A stretch of 64,000 bases of DNA from contig CM061253.1 in the NCBI GenBank assembly GCA_022605425.2, positions 372,001 to 436,000 of the forward strand, given 5' to 3'. Shown here piece after piece: positions 36,300 to 49,300 of this stretch. Made by a program: the position numbers and the translations under genes. The notes below the pieces were generated by a model. The model had not been told where the DNA came from. It did not search any database and saw nothing but the letters and a program-made list of their open reading frames with translations. This DNA is from Hamiltosporidium tvaerminnensis FI-OER-3-3 (Eukaryota > Fungi > Microsporidia). Position 1 is the stretch's first letter. Every line of letters starts with the position of its first letter.

Positions 36300-37775
36300 A
36301 TGGACTAATAAATATACACAAAATGTTTGTAATATAATATTTTTATTACCATTAATTTATTGATTTTCTCTAAAAATCTATGGTTTATAAATTCAGTTGA
36401 TTCATGGAAAAAATAATTGTTCTCGAGTATACACATTTAAAGACTAGTTTTTTTTATAAAATATTTAAAGTACAATATCAATCTATATACATGTGGTGAA
36501 TCAAATTATTTTCTAATCTATATTTTCCTGACTTTATAATTGAAATTTTATAATCTTCTCTCGTTTAATAAACAACATTTGGATCCTATTATTCACATAA
36601 TAAATTTCGGCTATAGTAGAAAAAGTATGATCTGGTTTAAATATCATAGAATTGTGCAAGTGTTTCATACTTTTCTTTGCTCTTATAATTATTTCAAAAT
36701 TTCATTTGATTGATCCTTATTTTCGATTTATATTTATGATTTTGCAACTTAATAAAAGTACGCTTTTTGGTTCATATGTATCTGATACAAAAGGGTATCT
36801 CATTACCAAATTAATATCATTATATTAGGCTCTTTAAATTCTTGACTTTTTACAGTTGTGAATCGACGCTTAGACATTAAAATTTCCATTTTTTTTCTGT
36901 TTTAACATTACCGCTTCAGGTAATTTATTATAATTCACATTATTATTAGGAATATTTATGTTTTCTTCTTTTTTGAAATTGATTAGAAATTTTTCTTTTA
37001 AAAGCTATTTCATAATTCTTTTTAATTTCTATATAAATTTTCATACATTTCTATAAGCCCCAGTAGAAGAAAGCTGGTATCAGGATTCGTATGCATTTTT
37101 ATAAACGAATTTGAAATTTTTCTATAATACATGCTAAAAAAATCATTTACATTTTACATTCACTGTTTTCATTTAAATCGACTTTTTTAAAAAATTCTGG
37201 TGGCTTTTCTGATTTCCTGATACCAGCTATTCATTCTATAAAAATTTTTTAGGGTTTTAATCACAAAATAAAAAAAATTGAGTTCGAAGTTTTCAGCAGT
37301 ATATAGCACATGCTTTTAATCCAAGACTTTGTATTTTTACACAGTTTGACACCTTTATTGCAAAACATTTTCATATTTTAGGCATCATTTACACAGTGAC
37401 TATTTATTCTTCTATTTCATTTACTATCAGACAATTTTCTGGTAGAATAAGCCATTTATTATCATCAGTTAAGGCTTATGCTATCCGATATACGGGTGAA
37501 TGATTTCATTTCTGAAAGACACCTGCTTATTTCTTGGTATCTGCTTAATAAACAGATAGTATTTCCTTTGGATTATTCATAAAATATGGGGTTTTTCGAC
37601 GTATAAATACTTTTTTTTGAATGAAATTTATGTCCGAATAAGGAATATTTGTATTTAGTATTCGTTCTATGATGTTCTTCAATTTATTTTTGGAAATTAA
37701 TATAAATAAAGAATATTCTAATTTATTTTTTGAGTAGCAATTGCATCATAAATAGCAAAAAAATACAATTTTTAT
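36300..37775 (-). pseudogene. Possible decayed signal-peptide-bearing gene
   Basis: On the minus strand, GGG is followed by ATA-KIVFFCYL*CNCYSKNKLEYSLF at ~37775 (mutated start), then coding-like sequence broken by stops. Confidence 0.25.
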
Positions 37776-40700
37776 ACCCTTCGAAATAAATTTGTTTAAA
37801 ATAAAGTCAATCCACAACACATCAAATATTTTAAACTTTATAATTATATTTAGGTTTTTGAATACAAATTTTGTTAGAAAATTGATAATAATTTATCTAT
37901 GGTTGACTTTAAATTTTACAGATTAGAAAAATACAATATTTTGTATTCATCTTGATCTTAAACATAACACATAATTTTTATAAAATTTTACTAGTATCGT
38001 TCTATTAAATTTGTAAATTGGCAAAGATATGTCCAAAATATTAAGATCTTTATTAAAAAAAGTTGAATATTGAATACGAACTTTAACTTGAATAAATATT
38101 TTGGAATTTTTCGGTTTTTAGATCTTCATTCACAATATTATAATCTGAAAACTTTATAATGCGTTGCTGGATGTGTGAAAAAAATGATTTATCATTTCAA
38201 TAGCTAAATCATTCATTCGATCACTCATAAATTACAGAAAGCTATGTTATTAAATTTACGTGATTTCACAAATTATAGTTAATATAATATTAAGACTAAT
38301 ATCGAAGACATGCGATTTAAATTGTGTTTCTTGAATAGCCCGAGGCAACCAACTCTTTCTAAATTTATTTTGAAAAAATTTCATCAAAAACTACTTTGAA
38401 TTCAAAAATCGAATTTGTTATTTTAATATTTGAAAAACTTTTGTTTAGAATCATAACGAGAGCAATATATTTATTTTACGTTGCATTATATAATCTACTT
38501 AGACCAAAATAAAGTGGGTTCTTTTTCTAAAAAGATACTATATTGAAAATATAAAATTAAATCTTAACATTCTTGATAATCAAAATTAATAAGAATATAT
38601 TTATCATTGATTTGCAAAGAATTGTTTCTTAATCACTTGTATAAGAACATAATTTATATTTAAAATTATGTTCTATCTTTTTTTATTAATTAATTTATTT
38701 ATTTTTGTATTTGTAAAGTATTTTTAACTGCAATAAAAAGCGCTATAAAAGTTACTGTCCTTTATTCTAACAATACAAATATAATAAAGACTTTATGTAT
38801 TTAACTTTTAAGAAATTAGCTCTAGTGTCACAAGACGAAAGTTATATTTTGCGTTGAACAAAATAATTTGAAAGGAAATTTCATTATGAGTTGTTATTAA
38901 ATTGATATCATTAGTTTAATTCAAAATCACAATATTTTTTTTTTAATGATCAGAAAAAACGTTCAAATCTTCATAATTAGCTAAAAATCTGTAAAATTTA
39001 TGAGAACCATAAAAAAGAAAGATCCTTTCCTTGTATTTGCATGTTTTTTGTGTTTCATCAAATCTTTAGAGTAATTCTCAAAGGAATACCCCGAATTCTT
39101 TTTAATTATTTAAATTCTCTAATCTTTTTAGAAAATTATTCAAAATTTATATAAATATCTTTTGAAATATGGTATTTTGAATGTTGAAAAAAAATAATTT
39201 ATTAGAGTGTTAATACTAATTTAGTACATCAAGAAATATTTGAAATATAGAAAAGATGGATTTACGAAATCAATTGAATAAATCGCTATTAAATTGTGCG
39301 ATCTTCTAATGAAAATATTTAAATTTAATAAACTTTTTTTAAGTATAAGAATTATTAATGTATCAAGATGACAGAAAATGGCTATTTCATGTATAAAAAA
39401 ATTTTATATTCGTAAAGAAGGTGTCTTTTATATAAAATTATTTTTAAGCAAAACATGGCTTGTATAGATTCTAGTAACAAAGAAAACACGGCTTAACTCG
39501 TAGAAACCATAGGAATTTATCCACACCTTCTCTGAAAATTTTCTTATATCTTAAGTCTATATTACGAGAAAAAGAAATCAGAATTTATATTATCCAAGTG
39601 CCTACAAAAAAATAAAAATCAATTTCTGTCACTTTAAAGTTCCATATAAATATTTTATATGAAAAATCAGACAAATAACATAAAAGAATGTAGTACGGAT
39701 AATTCTATGGAGGAAGTAGGTAAAGATCTACTTATTCTCCAGGCCATAACTCTTTAGAAATAACAAAAAATAAATCTTCAAAGTGTTGAGTCATAAATAG
39801 AAGATATTCTTCTACAACTTTTTTTTGTCAAAAAACAGTAAACAGTTATCATGAAAAGAACAGCAATTCTCAAAGTGAAAATACTAATAAAATCCATCTT
39901 ACAATAAAAAGTCTTTTTAAAAGTATATTTAGGATAAAAAAGAAGTTCAACTTGAAAAATTATATAGTAAGGCAAAAAGAGAAAAAAAAATCTAACTTAT
40001 ATAACGTTCAAATAAATAAGCTTTTGTATATAAAGTGACTCCGAAATATAGTATACGAAGGAGAATATGGCCATGTGATAAACCGGTGTTCTGACACACG
40101 CAACATAGACGTGTATTTGATAAGCAAAAAGAAAATATAAACTATGTAGTTTTTCCAAATAAAATGCTAGAATATTTGCCACTCGATGCGAAAAAATGCT
40201 TGAGGCCAGGAAAAGAACACACTATAAGACTTAATGTGTATATAGATTAATCTGCATACTAATTCTAAATAAATACAAATTCAAATCTACAAAACACTAG
40301 AAGTCAATTGGTCCAAGATCGAATTGATAAGGAGTAAACTGAATCATGAATGCATAGTAGAATACAACTGATGTAAAGATTCGGAATTATAACCGCAAAT
40401 ATTTGTGTAAATAAGAATTATTATATTACCACTTATTCATAAAAGAATTACACCCACGATTCAATTCAAATAGACTAAATCGGAAACATAAAGTAATATA
40501 ACCTATTATCATAAATATTAGATTATATATGATTGTGAACTTGAGATTATTCATTTGTGATATCTCGGTACGGTATTATGAGAAAATGCCACGAGATATA
40601 CATTTAAAAATTGCAAATACCATAAATATATAAGGTATAATTTAGTCGATATATTTCAAAAAGCCAGTAGAGATAACGTATTTACTCATAAAACAGATTA

Positions 40701-40949
40701 TGCATTATAAGTTTCAATAAGAACTAGAAAAGACTATCTAGGAATTTAAAAAAATAAACACAAAAACCCGAAACTTTTGTTACATGAGGCACTACACAAG
40801 AAGAAGCGGTTTTATCAAATAATACTAAAATACAGAACAAATGACCAAATCAATGACCTATAACATAACAAGAACCAAACAAAATATCATAATTTTTCGA
40901 TCAATATCATAATCCTTGCAATCAATAAAATAATTATTTTTTAAAAATA

Positions 40950-43900
40950 TTTTTATTTAATAAAATTCTGGGTTAAAATATTTTTACAATTTTTATATTT
41001 TTTCTTCTACCTCTTTAATCACTTTTGTATCTTCTTCCAAATCCGACTCTTTATTTATGTTATTGGTCGGTTCCTCTAAAGTGGTTCCTCCTTGTGAAAT
41101 AAGGGGTGTATTATTTTTTGGTTGTAAATTTTTTGCACCATCTTCCTCTGTTTTCGCTTCTTTTAAAGGGGGTTCTAGTTTCTCATGCATCTCTGATCTA
41201 ATAATAACACCAATTGACGCTTTCTTCCAGCTCTCTTCGGCATTTAGTCCTGACTCAAGTCCTCTTCGTCGGTCAAAGGAAATTGTTTCGACTGTCTTCT
41301 TAAGTACTATAGACTGAATGTATGCCTCTACATTCATGGGTATTTCTAGTCTTTTAAGATGAGATTTATGGTATTTTGTCACAATACCGTCCCAGGTCAT
41401 CACATAAGGGATTATCCCAACACTACACCTATAAATAAGACCCAACTCATTGGCTAGCAGGTCATACTTCCTAAGTTTTTCAGTTTCAACTATTTGAAGT
41501 GAATCTTGGGAAGTGATTCCTACTTCAATGAGTGTTATCTTATTCTTCTTCTTATCTAAAATAAATATGTCCGGTCTGTTATTCCGAATTTTAACATCGG
41601 TTTAAATTCTGGTGTCCACTCTTATCTCTGCATACTCATTATCAAGAATTTCTTGAACTGAGTGACTCCTTATTCGTTTGGAAGACTTAAACTTATATCT
41701 ATTTAGAAGAAGTAGGTGTAGGAATCTAACCACTTCATTATGCCGTCTGGTGTAATCATAGCCTAGCTTTTTTTCATATCTAGTCGCTAGATGATCTACA
41801 GTCTTACCAGACTTCCCGCAATATTGACACATACCATCTGCTCCCCAGAATACATTTCTATCCTGGATATAGCAGAACACAGCTTCATTGCGTGGCCTAA
41901 TATTCCCTTTCTTTAGCCGTCTTGAAGAGTCACTAACACTTACAAGCTCATTTTTTCTTGCATTATATAACTTTGAATGAAGTTTCGTTTTTCTATTTCG
42001 TTATAGCATTTTGCGAGTTGAGCTTCTTCTAAACTTTTCTTAGTGACTTCTTCTACCAATCTGTACTTTACTTTTAAGAAGCCTTTTATTAGTGCAAGAT
42101 GGGTTTTATTATTATTCTCCACCTTGAGGATTGCTGCTCGTCTAGTTGATATTTCTTTACTTTTTTCCAGACAATCCAAGAGTTGCAGAAGCATATGTTC
42201 GCTTCGCAACTCAACACTATGTAGGCCTCTTCCAAGTTCTGTTCTAGGAAGATACAAACGCTCTTTACATCCTGGGCGGAGATTTATCTTATTCTTCACC
42301 AACACCGCACGCACTGCATCATCTAACTTAGAGAAGTCAGTCGGTTCGAGTTGAAGTACTCCTATGTGGTAGTTGATTAACGATATCGCATGTTGATTGT
42401 TTGCAGAAAATAAATTTTTTGCATTTAATCTTGTGTGACAAAGTCTTTCAACTCTTGATATAAGTTTGCTTTGTACTTCTTCAAATGAGCTACGTGTTGG
42501 GATTCCTCTGCTATCTTCTATTATTCCTAAATATTTGTAAACACTAACACCTTCTAGAAGAGTTGCAGTATCTTCACAACACGTATCATTTGTGGCTGAC
42601 TTCTCTTTGTTAATCTCTAAGCCAATCACCTCTAAAAATTCCTTTGCCTCGCCTGTCATAGCACTCAATGTGGAGCTGTCTTTTGCAAGGAGCTTAAGAT
42701 CATCAATAAACAAGAGATGATTAGTAGAATGGGATTCTGCATCTGTTTGTACTGTCACTTTTGTGTATTTTTCATTAAGCTTTCGGCTTAATGGATCCAT
42801 ACACAAAACAAATAACAATGGTGACAAACTATCTCCTTGTAGAATCCCTCTATCAATCTTCTTGCTCATGATTTTTTCAGGCCCTACTGATATATCAATT
42901 TTCCATTTTTATATAATTACCTTAATAAATTTCAGGATCCAATCAGGTAAATTAAGGTTTTCAATGCATTGAGTTAAATAAGCATGATCTATTGAGTCAT
43001 AAGCTTTTTTAACATCAATCCATGTTGCCTTAAGATTATTTCCATACTCTTTATTTAAGGCAATATTCAGTAGAGCCTGCTCTTTCGCTCCCAGCACACC
43101 TCTTACCGCCCCTAATTGGTTCTTTGCAATCAACCCTCGCCTTTCCACTTCAAGTTGAACGACTTTCGTTACAACTTTTGTCGTTAACTTATAGAGGTTG
43201 GACATACAAGTGATTGGCCTGTAGTCAGAGCCTCTTCGTGGAATTCCTTTCGGTATCAAATGCGTAAGCCCGCAGTAAAACTAATCAGCTTGAGGTGTTC
43301 CTTCTAAACATATAACTTTCACAATATCATAAATATATTTGTGAAGAGTTGTAAGTTTCTTAATGAAAAAATTGTAAATACCATCAATTCCAGCAGCTTT
43401 CCAATTCGGAAGCCAATTAATGATATTTACAAATTCATCAAGTGAAGGAAACGTGGTCGGATGATTATCTGATACAAATGGAATCAAATAATCATCATAC
43501 GTGACTGTGTCATCATTTTTGTTCCACATTGTAGACCAAAAACTCACAATTTCATCACGACTAACCACATGCTCGGATTCCACACGCTCAGATAACCCAC
43601 GATAGAATCGACCTCGGAAAAGCTCAAACATACGATTCTCTTTTCGGAATTGCTTCCTACTTTCATGCATCGTAATTTTTTTCTCGTACACATTCAAAGA
43701 CTCATTCTTCTTAACTAAAGCCTCAGAAAGATCAGTTACACTGCTCAAGTTTAAATTAAACTTTCGCATGATTTTCTTAAGGCTCTTCGTTTCCGAAGTG
43801 GAGAGCTTTTCCTGCTAACGAGCCTTCTCGAGAAGATCTTTGGAAAGTACTAACTTAGAAATTTTAATTTCTATGTTTTCCTTCCAAGCGGATCTAGGCT

Positions 43901-44753
43901 TCTCTTTACGTATTACCTCGTCATAGCATACCTGGGCTGCCTGGATTATCCGTGCCACTGCAGTTATCGTCATCGGCACACAAGAATCAGCATACTCACC
44001 GATAATTCGATTAATGAGATCCAGGACTTTACTATCAACCAATTCATTTGGATGTTTTCTAGTTCGGACCACCACTTTTCCAATTTCGTTCTCCGAGATT
44101 TCTTTGATTTTACTCAAGAATTTATCTCTCAGGTTTATGTACTACGTGGTGTCGGTCAAGGTGCATGTATCAGCGAGACAAGTGGCGATTCTACGTCGCT
44201 CTCTATTCTCTTCTGATTTTACTTCCTTTCCCATCTCACTTTGTGCCAATTTCTTTAATACTTCGAGAGTTTCAGTGCAGCCGAATTTCTCATTATAGTA
44301 CCTGTGAAGCTCTGTCCAGCCATTTCTTGGCATTCTTTCAAACCTTGTCTGTACTGCAAAAAAAACAATTCGAGGCCATTCCTTCGGGTCGGCTGTTACA
44401 GAATCGAATATCGACCGCAATGCCATTAGCCTGTTACCTTCCGGAATAGCTAGAGTACAGGTGCTTGTCATGTCGTACGATGGCTCGCACGCAGAGACTT
44501 CAACCGAAGAGGGAACTGGTGTATTAAGCGAAGGTAAAGTGTCAAGCCCAGTATTTTGCATTTTACTGCATGTTTGGCTTGGTGGTGGAGGTGTTCTTGT
44601 TGTGTAGAGGGAGGAAGGTAGGGAAATCGCCGGTGGGTGTAGCTTACATTTTTGTACTTCATATTCACTCTTCTTCACCTCATCAGCGTCGTTTGCAGCC
44701 TTTATTTTGGTATTTTTCGATATTTCGTTTCTAACATTTTTCTTTCTACCCAT
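40950..44753 (-). mobile_element. Near full-length R4/Dong-like non-LTR retrotransposon (RT + CCHC + restriction-like endonuclease), inactivated
   Basis: KAAGIDGI, YRPITC, WIDVKKAYDS, GILQGDSLSPLLF, HLLFIDDLKL, YKYLG, CxxC..H..(C), RRHNEV, NNRPDIFIL..LIEVGIT, KYDLL. A single ORF broken by stops and frameshifts. Confidence 0.93.
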
Positions 44754-44816
44754 TTATAGTTCAGATTTTAAAAAATAAAAATTTAAAATAAAATTATAAA
44801 TAGTACTTGAGATTTA

Positions 44817-45980
44817 TTATTCAAGAATCACTTGCCCTACTTAAGCCTTTTGCAAGTACCCTAAGAATTTAAGGTAAAAAGAACTACAATGTTCTCCCGT
44901 GATCTCACTAAATTTTTCTCAAATTAATATTCTCAACTGAGGCTCAGTATCAGCACCACCTCGAATTACTTTATTTTAGACTGAGAATACATTCTCAATT
45001 GGATTAAGAAATGGAAAGTAAGATGGAAGATATTTTATTCGATACGGAGCAATTTCTTGATCATCATTCAACCCACGATAGTGATGAATTCTAGCATTGT
45101 CCATTACAAATATTGGAGTCAAAATTCCTTGCCGTTGCCAACTTTCATGAATCTCCTTAATGGATAATTTGAAATCTTCACCATTTACGACCCTCTCATG
45201 AATCTTATGGTATATAATACCATATTTGTTTATTGCTGCGACTACTGAAAAATTTCTACTTCGGGCTGCTGTTACAGATAAGTATGCAGATTCACCTCTC
45301 ATATTACGACCTCTACTGCAGCGTGTTACTACCGCGAACCCAACTTTATCTAAACAGACAAAGTTTTTGTCATCGTTATCAACCTCAAACTCACGAAAAC
45401 TGGTTGCGTAATTGGTTCTTAGCTCAATTGTTGAAAGTGTATTTCTACGCTCAGGCACTAATGTTACACGCTTTAGAGTGTAATGGAACTCCCCTAGTGC
45501 GCGATCAATTGTACTAGTTGACACATCAATATTAAATGTACATTTGACCCATTCTGCCAACTCATACGGGGTTTTTGTACATTCTAAATCAACATAGGTT
45601 TGTAAGCTCTCTTTTATTTCCAAAGGTAGCTTTGAGCGCCTATCACCACCTCTTTTCTCGACAAATACCAGGCCGGTTTTTAAATATGTAACAATACTAT
45701 TAACCATCTGGTAATTTATTCGATACATCGAGGCAATTGCAGACATAGAATGGCCTTTCAATGTCTTTTCAACTATGCATTCCCGATCATTATTAAAAAC
45801 TTTTTGTTTCCTCAGAGTTGGAATAGTGGTTAGTGGGAGATTTTCATCATGTGATCCCGATTTTTCCACAAGACACTTCAAAACATTGTCATTTTCACAC
45901 TCTATACATTCCGGTGTTTCACCGACATGAAGATCCTATTTGTTCTCGTTGGTATTTTTACCTGAAAAAGAATTTGACAT
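44817..45980 (-). pseudogene. Tc1/IS630 DDE transposase pseudogene
   Basis: HTH region, CLDKVGF, VMDNARIHH, YLPSYFPFLNPIENVFS. An in-frame CCC-ATG at 45980 is followed by a premature TAG; the frameshifted tail VIRGGADTEPQLR...QVILE* runs to 44817. Confidence 0.9.
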
Positions 45981-46370
45981 GGGAGTTAATTTTATAATGA
46001 ATAGATTATTTTTTTAAAATAATTATTATATTGATCGAAAAATTATTTTAATGATTGCAAGAATAATGATATTGATCGAAAAATTATGATATTGATTGCA
46101 AGGATTATTATATTGATCGAAAAACCCTATATAAATAAAAGTCAAATAAAACAAAAGAAGAACTAAAAACCCCACCGTTAAATAAAATTTATTACATTCC
46201 TATAATATTCTACCCTCTGTATTCTAACCTTATAAATAAACTTCTACTCCATCCTTCTACTATCACACAGATCCTACAATAAAATCTTTCCATTTCCCTT
46301 AACTACTTCTGTCTAAAAATCCTCTCCCTACTAAAAACTCATCCATTCCCTCTAATTTACCCCCTCTTTT

Positions 46371-49300
46371 CTACCCTTTTACGATTTCAAAGTCATACCC
46401 CCTTCCACTAAAAAACTTTTTATCATTTCCACCTACCTTAACCCTTATATTATCAAATAATTTATATTTATTCTCTTCTTCCACCTTAACAAACCCTTCT
46501 ACATCACAATCAGGTATATAAATAATAACACCATTATCTTTAACACCAACAACACACCCTTCCATAACACTACCACTTACTTGATAGTATATTTTTAACA
46601 TTCTACTTTCTCTACTCACAACTTTAGCACTGTAATTCTTATCATTAAGCCGATTAACAGTGCAATCAGAAAGAATAGTAATATTATTGTTAGTATTGTT
46701 AGTACTACTGCTACTATTATTATTTTTGTTATTATTAGTAGGTGAGTCGTTATTATTATCAAATCTACTAGTAATACTACTACCAGTATGATTCTCAATT
46801 CTATTATTAGATATTTCAGTGTTGATAGTATCACACCCACTGTTATTACTACACACCTCATATAATTGCCTGTGAACTAATATGTCTGCATATCTACGTA
46901 TTGGTGATGTAAAATGTGTATAAACATCTAATCCTAATCCATAATGTTTTAACTCTTTAATATTACCATTATTAATGAAATATTTTGCTCTGTCCATACA
47001 TCTTGCCATATAACTTCTCCATACCTTAATATCAACATTACTTGGTCTTATAATATGGTGTTTAGAGGAAATATTGTTAATATCCTTTGTATCTTTAAGA
47101 TCTTTTATATTATCTTTATAATTAACACCCTTTAAATTACTATCCTTATTATTAACACCCACCCCTCCCTTTATACTACTATCCATATAATTAACACCCT
47201 CCATACCCTTTATACTACTATCCTTATAAGTAACACCCTCTGTACACATTGAACGTATTGCTTCACTCTCAGTATGAATTCGTAACAAGCAACCCTTTCC
47301 TCTCTTCCTAATCAATTCTTTACCAACTAAAGAATTAGTAAGAACCATAATTTCTTCTACAAGAAAATTTGTTAGAATACCACCAACACTTAAATCCATA
47401 GCTTCTTTTTTTCTTTCATTTCTTATTATTTCTACTATTTTCCATAATAAATTCATATCTTTAGAATATTTATTTTTTATATTTTTTATATTTTCAAAGG
47501 CTTCTTCGTATGTAAAAGCTTTGGTGTTTTTTATTAAAGATTTGGTAAAACGTACATTTGATATTCTTACTGAAGTAAAGGTATTAGATAGATTGTTGTT
47601 AGTATAAGTAGTATTGTTAAAGGGGGGTAAGGTATTAGATAGATTGTTAACAGGGTCTTGTTTATTGGTACTGTTACTAACACCCTGTTGTTTACTAGTA
47701 CTATTACTAATACCCTCTAATTTACGTTCCATATTATTAATACCCTTTAATTTATTATCCTTATTACCAACACCCTCTAATTTACTATCCTTATCACTAA
47801 TACCCTCTAATTTACTACCCATATCATTAACACTCCCTAATTCCCTACCACTATTACCAACACCCTTTATATCATTATAACACTCTACCTCTATAATAAC
47901 ACTGTAAGCATATCTTCTACATCCTTCTCTTAAACTACATACATCACCACTTAACCATTCCTCTATCATATCTACTCTACCGCCCTCTACATATACACTT
48001 GTTCCTCTTCTCATAGCTCGTTTGTCCATTTCACTACCACTTTGTACAAAATGACTTACATCTGCAATATGAACACCTATTTCAACAGTTGTGGTGTTAG
48101 TTAAAGGGGTTTTAGTATCTGTACTAATGTTCCGAGGGGTGTTAACAATACTACTGTTGTCCAAAGGGGTGTTAATAATACTACTGTTATACAAAGGGGT
48201 GTTAACACTACTACTGTGATCTAAGGGGGTGTTAATAATACTACTGTTATCTAATGGGGTGTTAATAATACTACTAGATAAGAGGGTGTTAACACTACTA
48301 CTGTTATCTTTTAGTATTCTTACACTTATTGCATCATCAATATCTGTACATCCTAATGGATCTATAGAGAATACATTTAAATACGTTAAATCTTCTCTTT
48401 TACTATCTGTTACATTACTACCTTTAAGAAATGGAATACTACTCTCATAAACATCTAAATCAAAGTAACTAACTGTCTTATTAGAAGATATAGCACAAGT
48501 ATTTATGCAAGTATTTAGGGTTAGAGTAGGGTTAGGTTTTATGAGAGTATTTAGGGTTATACTAGGGTTAGGGTCTATATAATTCTTATCTCTATTTATT
48601 GTATTTATTATCTGAGTACATCCTCTTCTTATCCTTTCAATATCTATACTATCATATTCTATACAATGTTTAAGTAATAAACACTGTGTCTCTACAAACA
48701 TATCACCTACATTTCCTAATACATTAATAATTTTACCGTAAATCCGTTTATTACTTAAATAAGGTAATATTCTTACTGTTATTTTCTTATTAAGTAATTC
48801 TTTATAATTAACAGTCTTTATTCTTATTAAAGGTATTTTTAAGTCACAGGGAACAACAATAGAATAAGTTCTATCAGTAATATTAGTGGTATTAAAGGGG
48901 TGTTGTTTATCAGTATTCTCGTTAACACCCTTTATACTACTATCATTATTATTAACACCCTTTATATCCCTATCATTATTATTAACACCCTGTTGTTCAT
49001 TTGATAGCTTATTAACACCCTGTTGTTCATTGGATGACTCGTTAACACCCTTTATATTACTATCCTTATTATTAACACCCTTTATATTACTATCCTTATT
49101 ATTAACACTCTCCAGTATGCCTCTATCACTACTATTCTCTTCTATTTCATCATCTAAAGAACTATTTTCATTATAAAATATATAATCCTTAAAACAACAC
49201 ACAAACTCCTTATCTGTTCTATTAATAACACTTATAATCTTACTATCTCTAATACTAACAGTATCATTATCTATTGCACCGTTATTATCATATATTTGTA

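Larger units (their letters stand above)
40883..46130 (-). mobile_element. Tc1/IS630-family DNA transposon (TIR arms ~40883-40950 and ~46005-46130) with a nested retrotransposon
   Basis: 40883-40937 aatatcataatttttcgatcaatatcataatccttgcaatcaataaaataatt is nearly the reverse complement of 46041-46093. The right end finishes ...gatcgaaaaacccTA. Confidence 0.75.

Noticed and set aside
41057-44449. Antisense ORFs conserved between retro copies (e.g. 42043-42354, 44165-44449)
   Set aside because: Conservation follows from the high DNA identity of the copies; no independent coding evidence.
44976-45881. Fanzor/TnpB cargo associated with the Tc1 element
   Set aside because: No RuvC/zinc-finger ORF of that type; the enclosed ORF is an RT-RLE retrotransposon.
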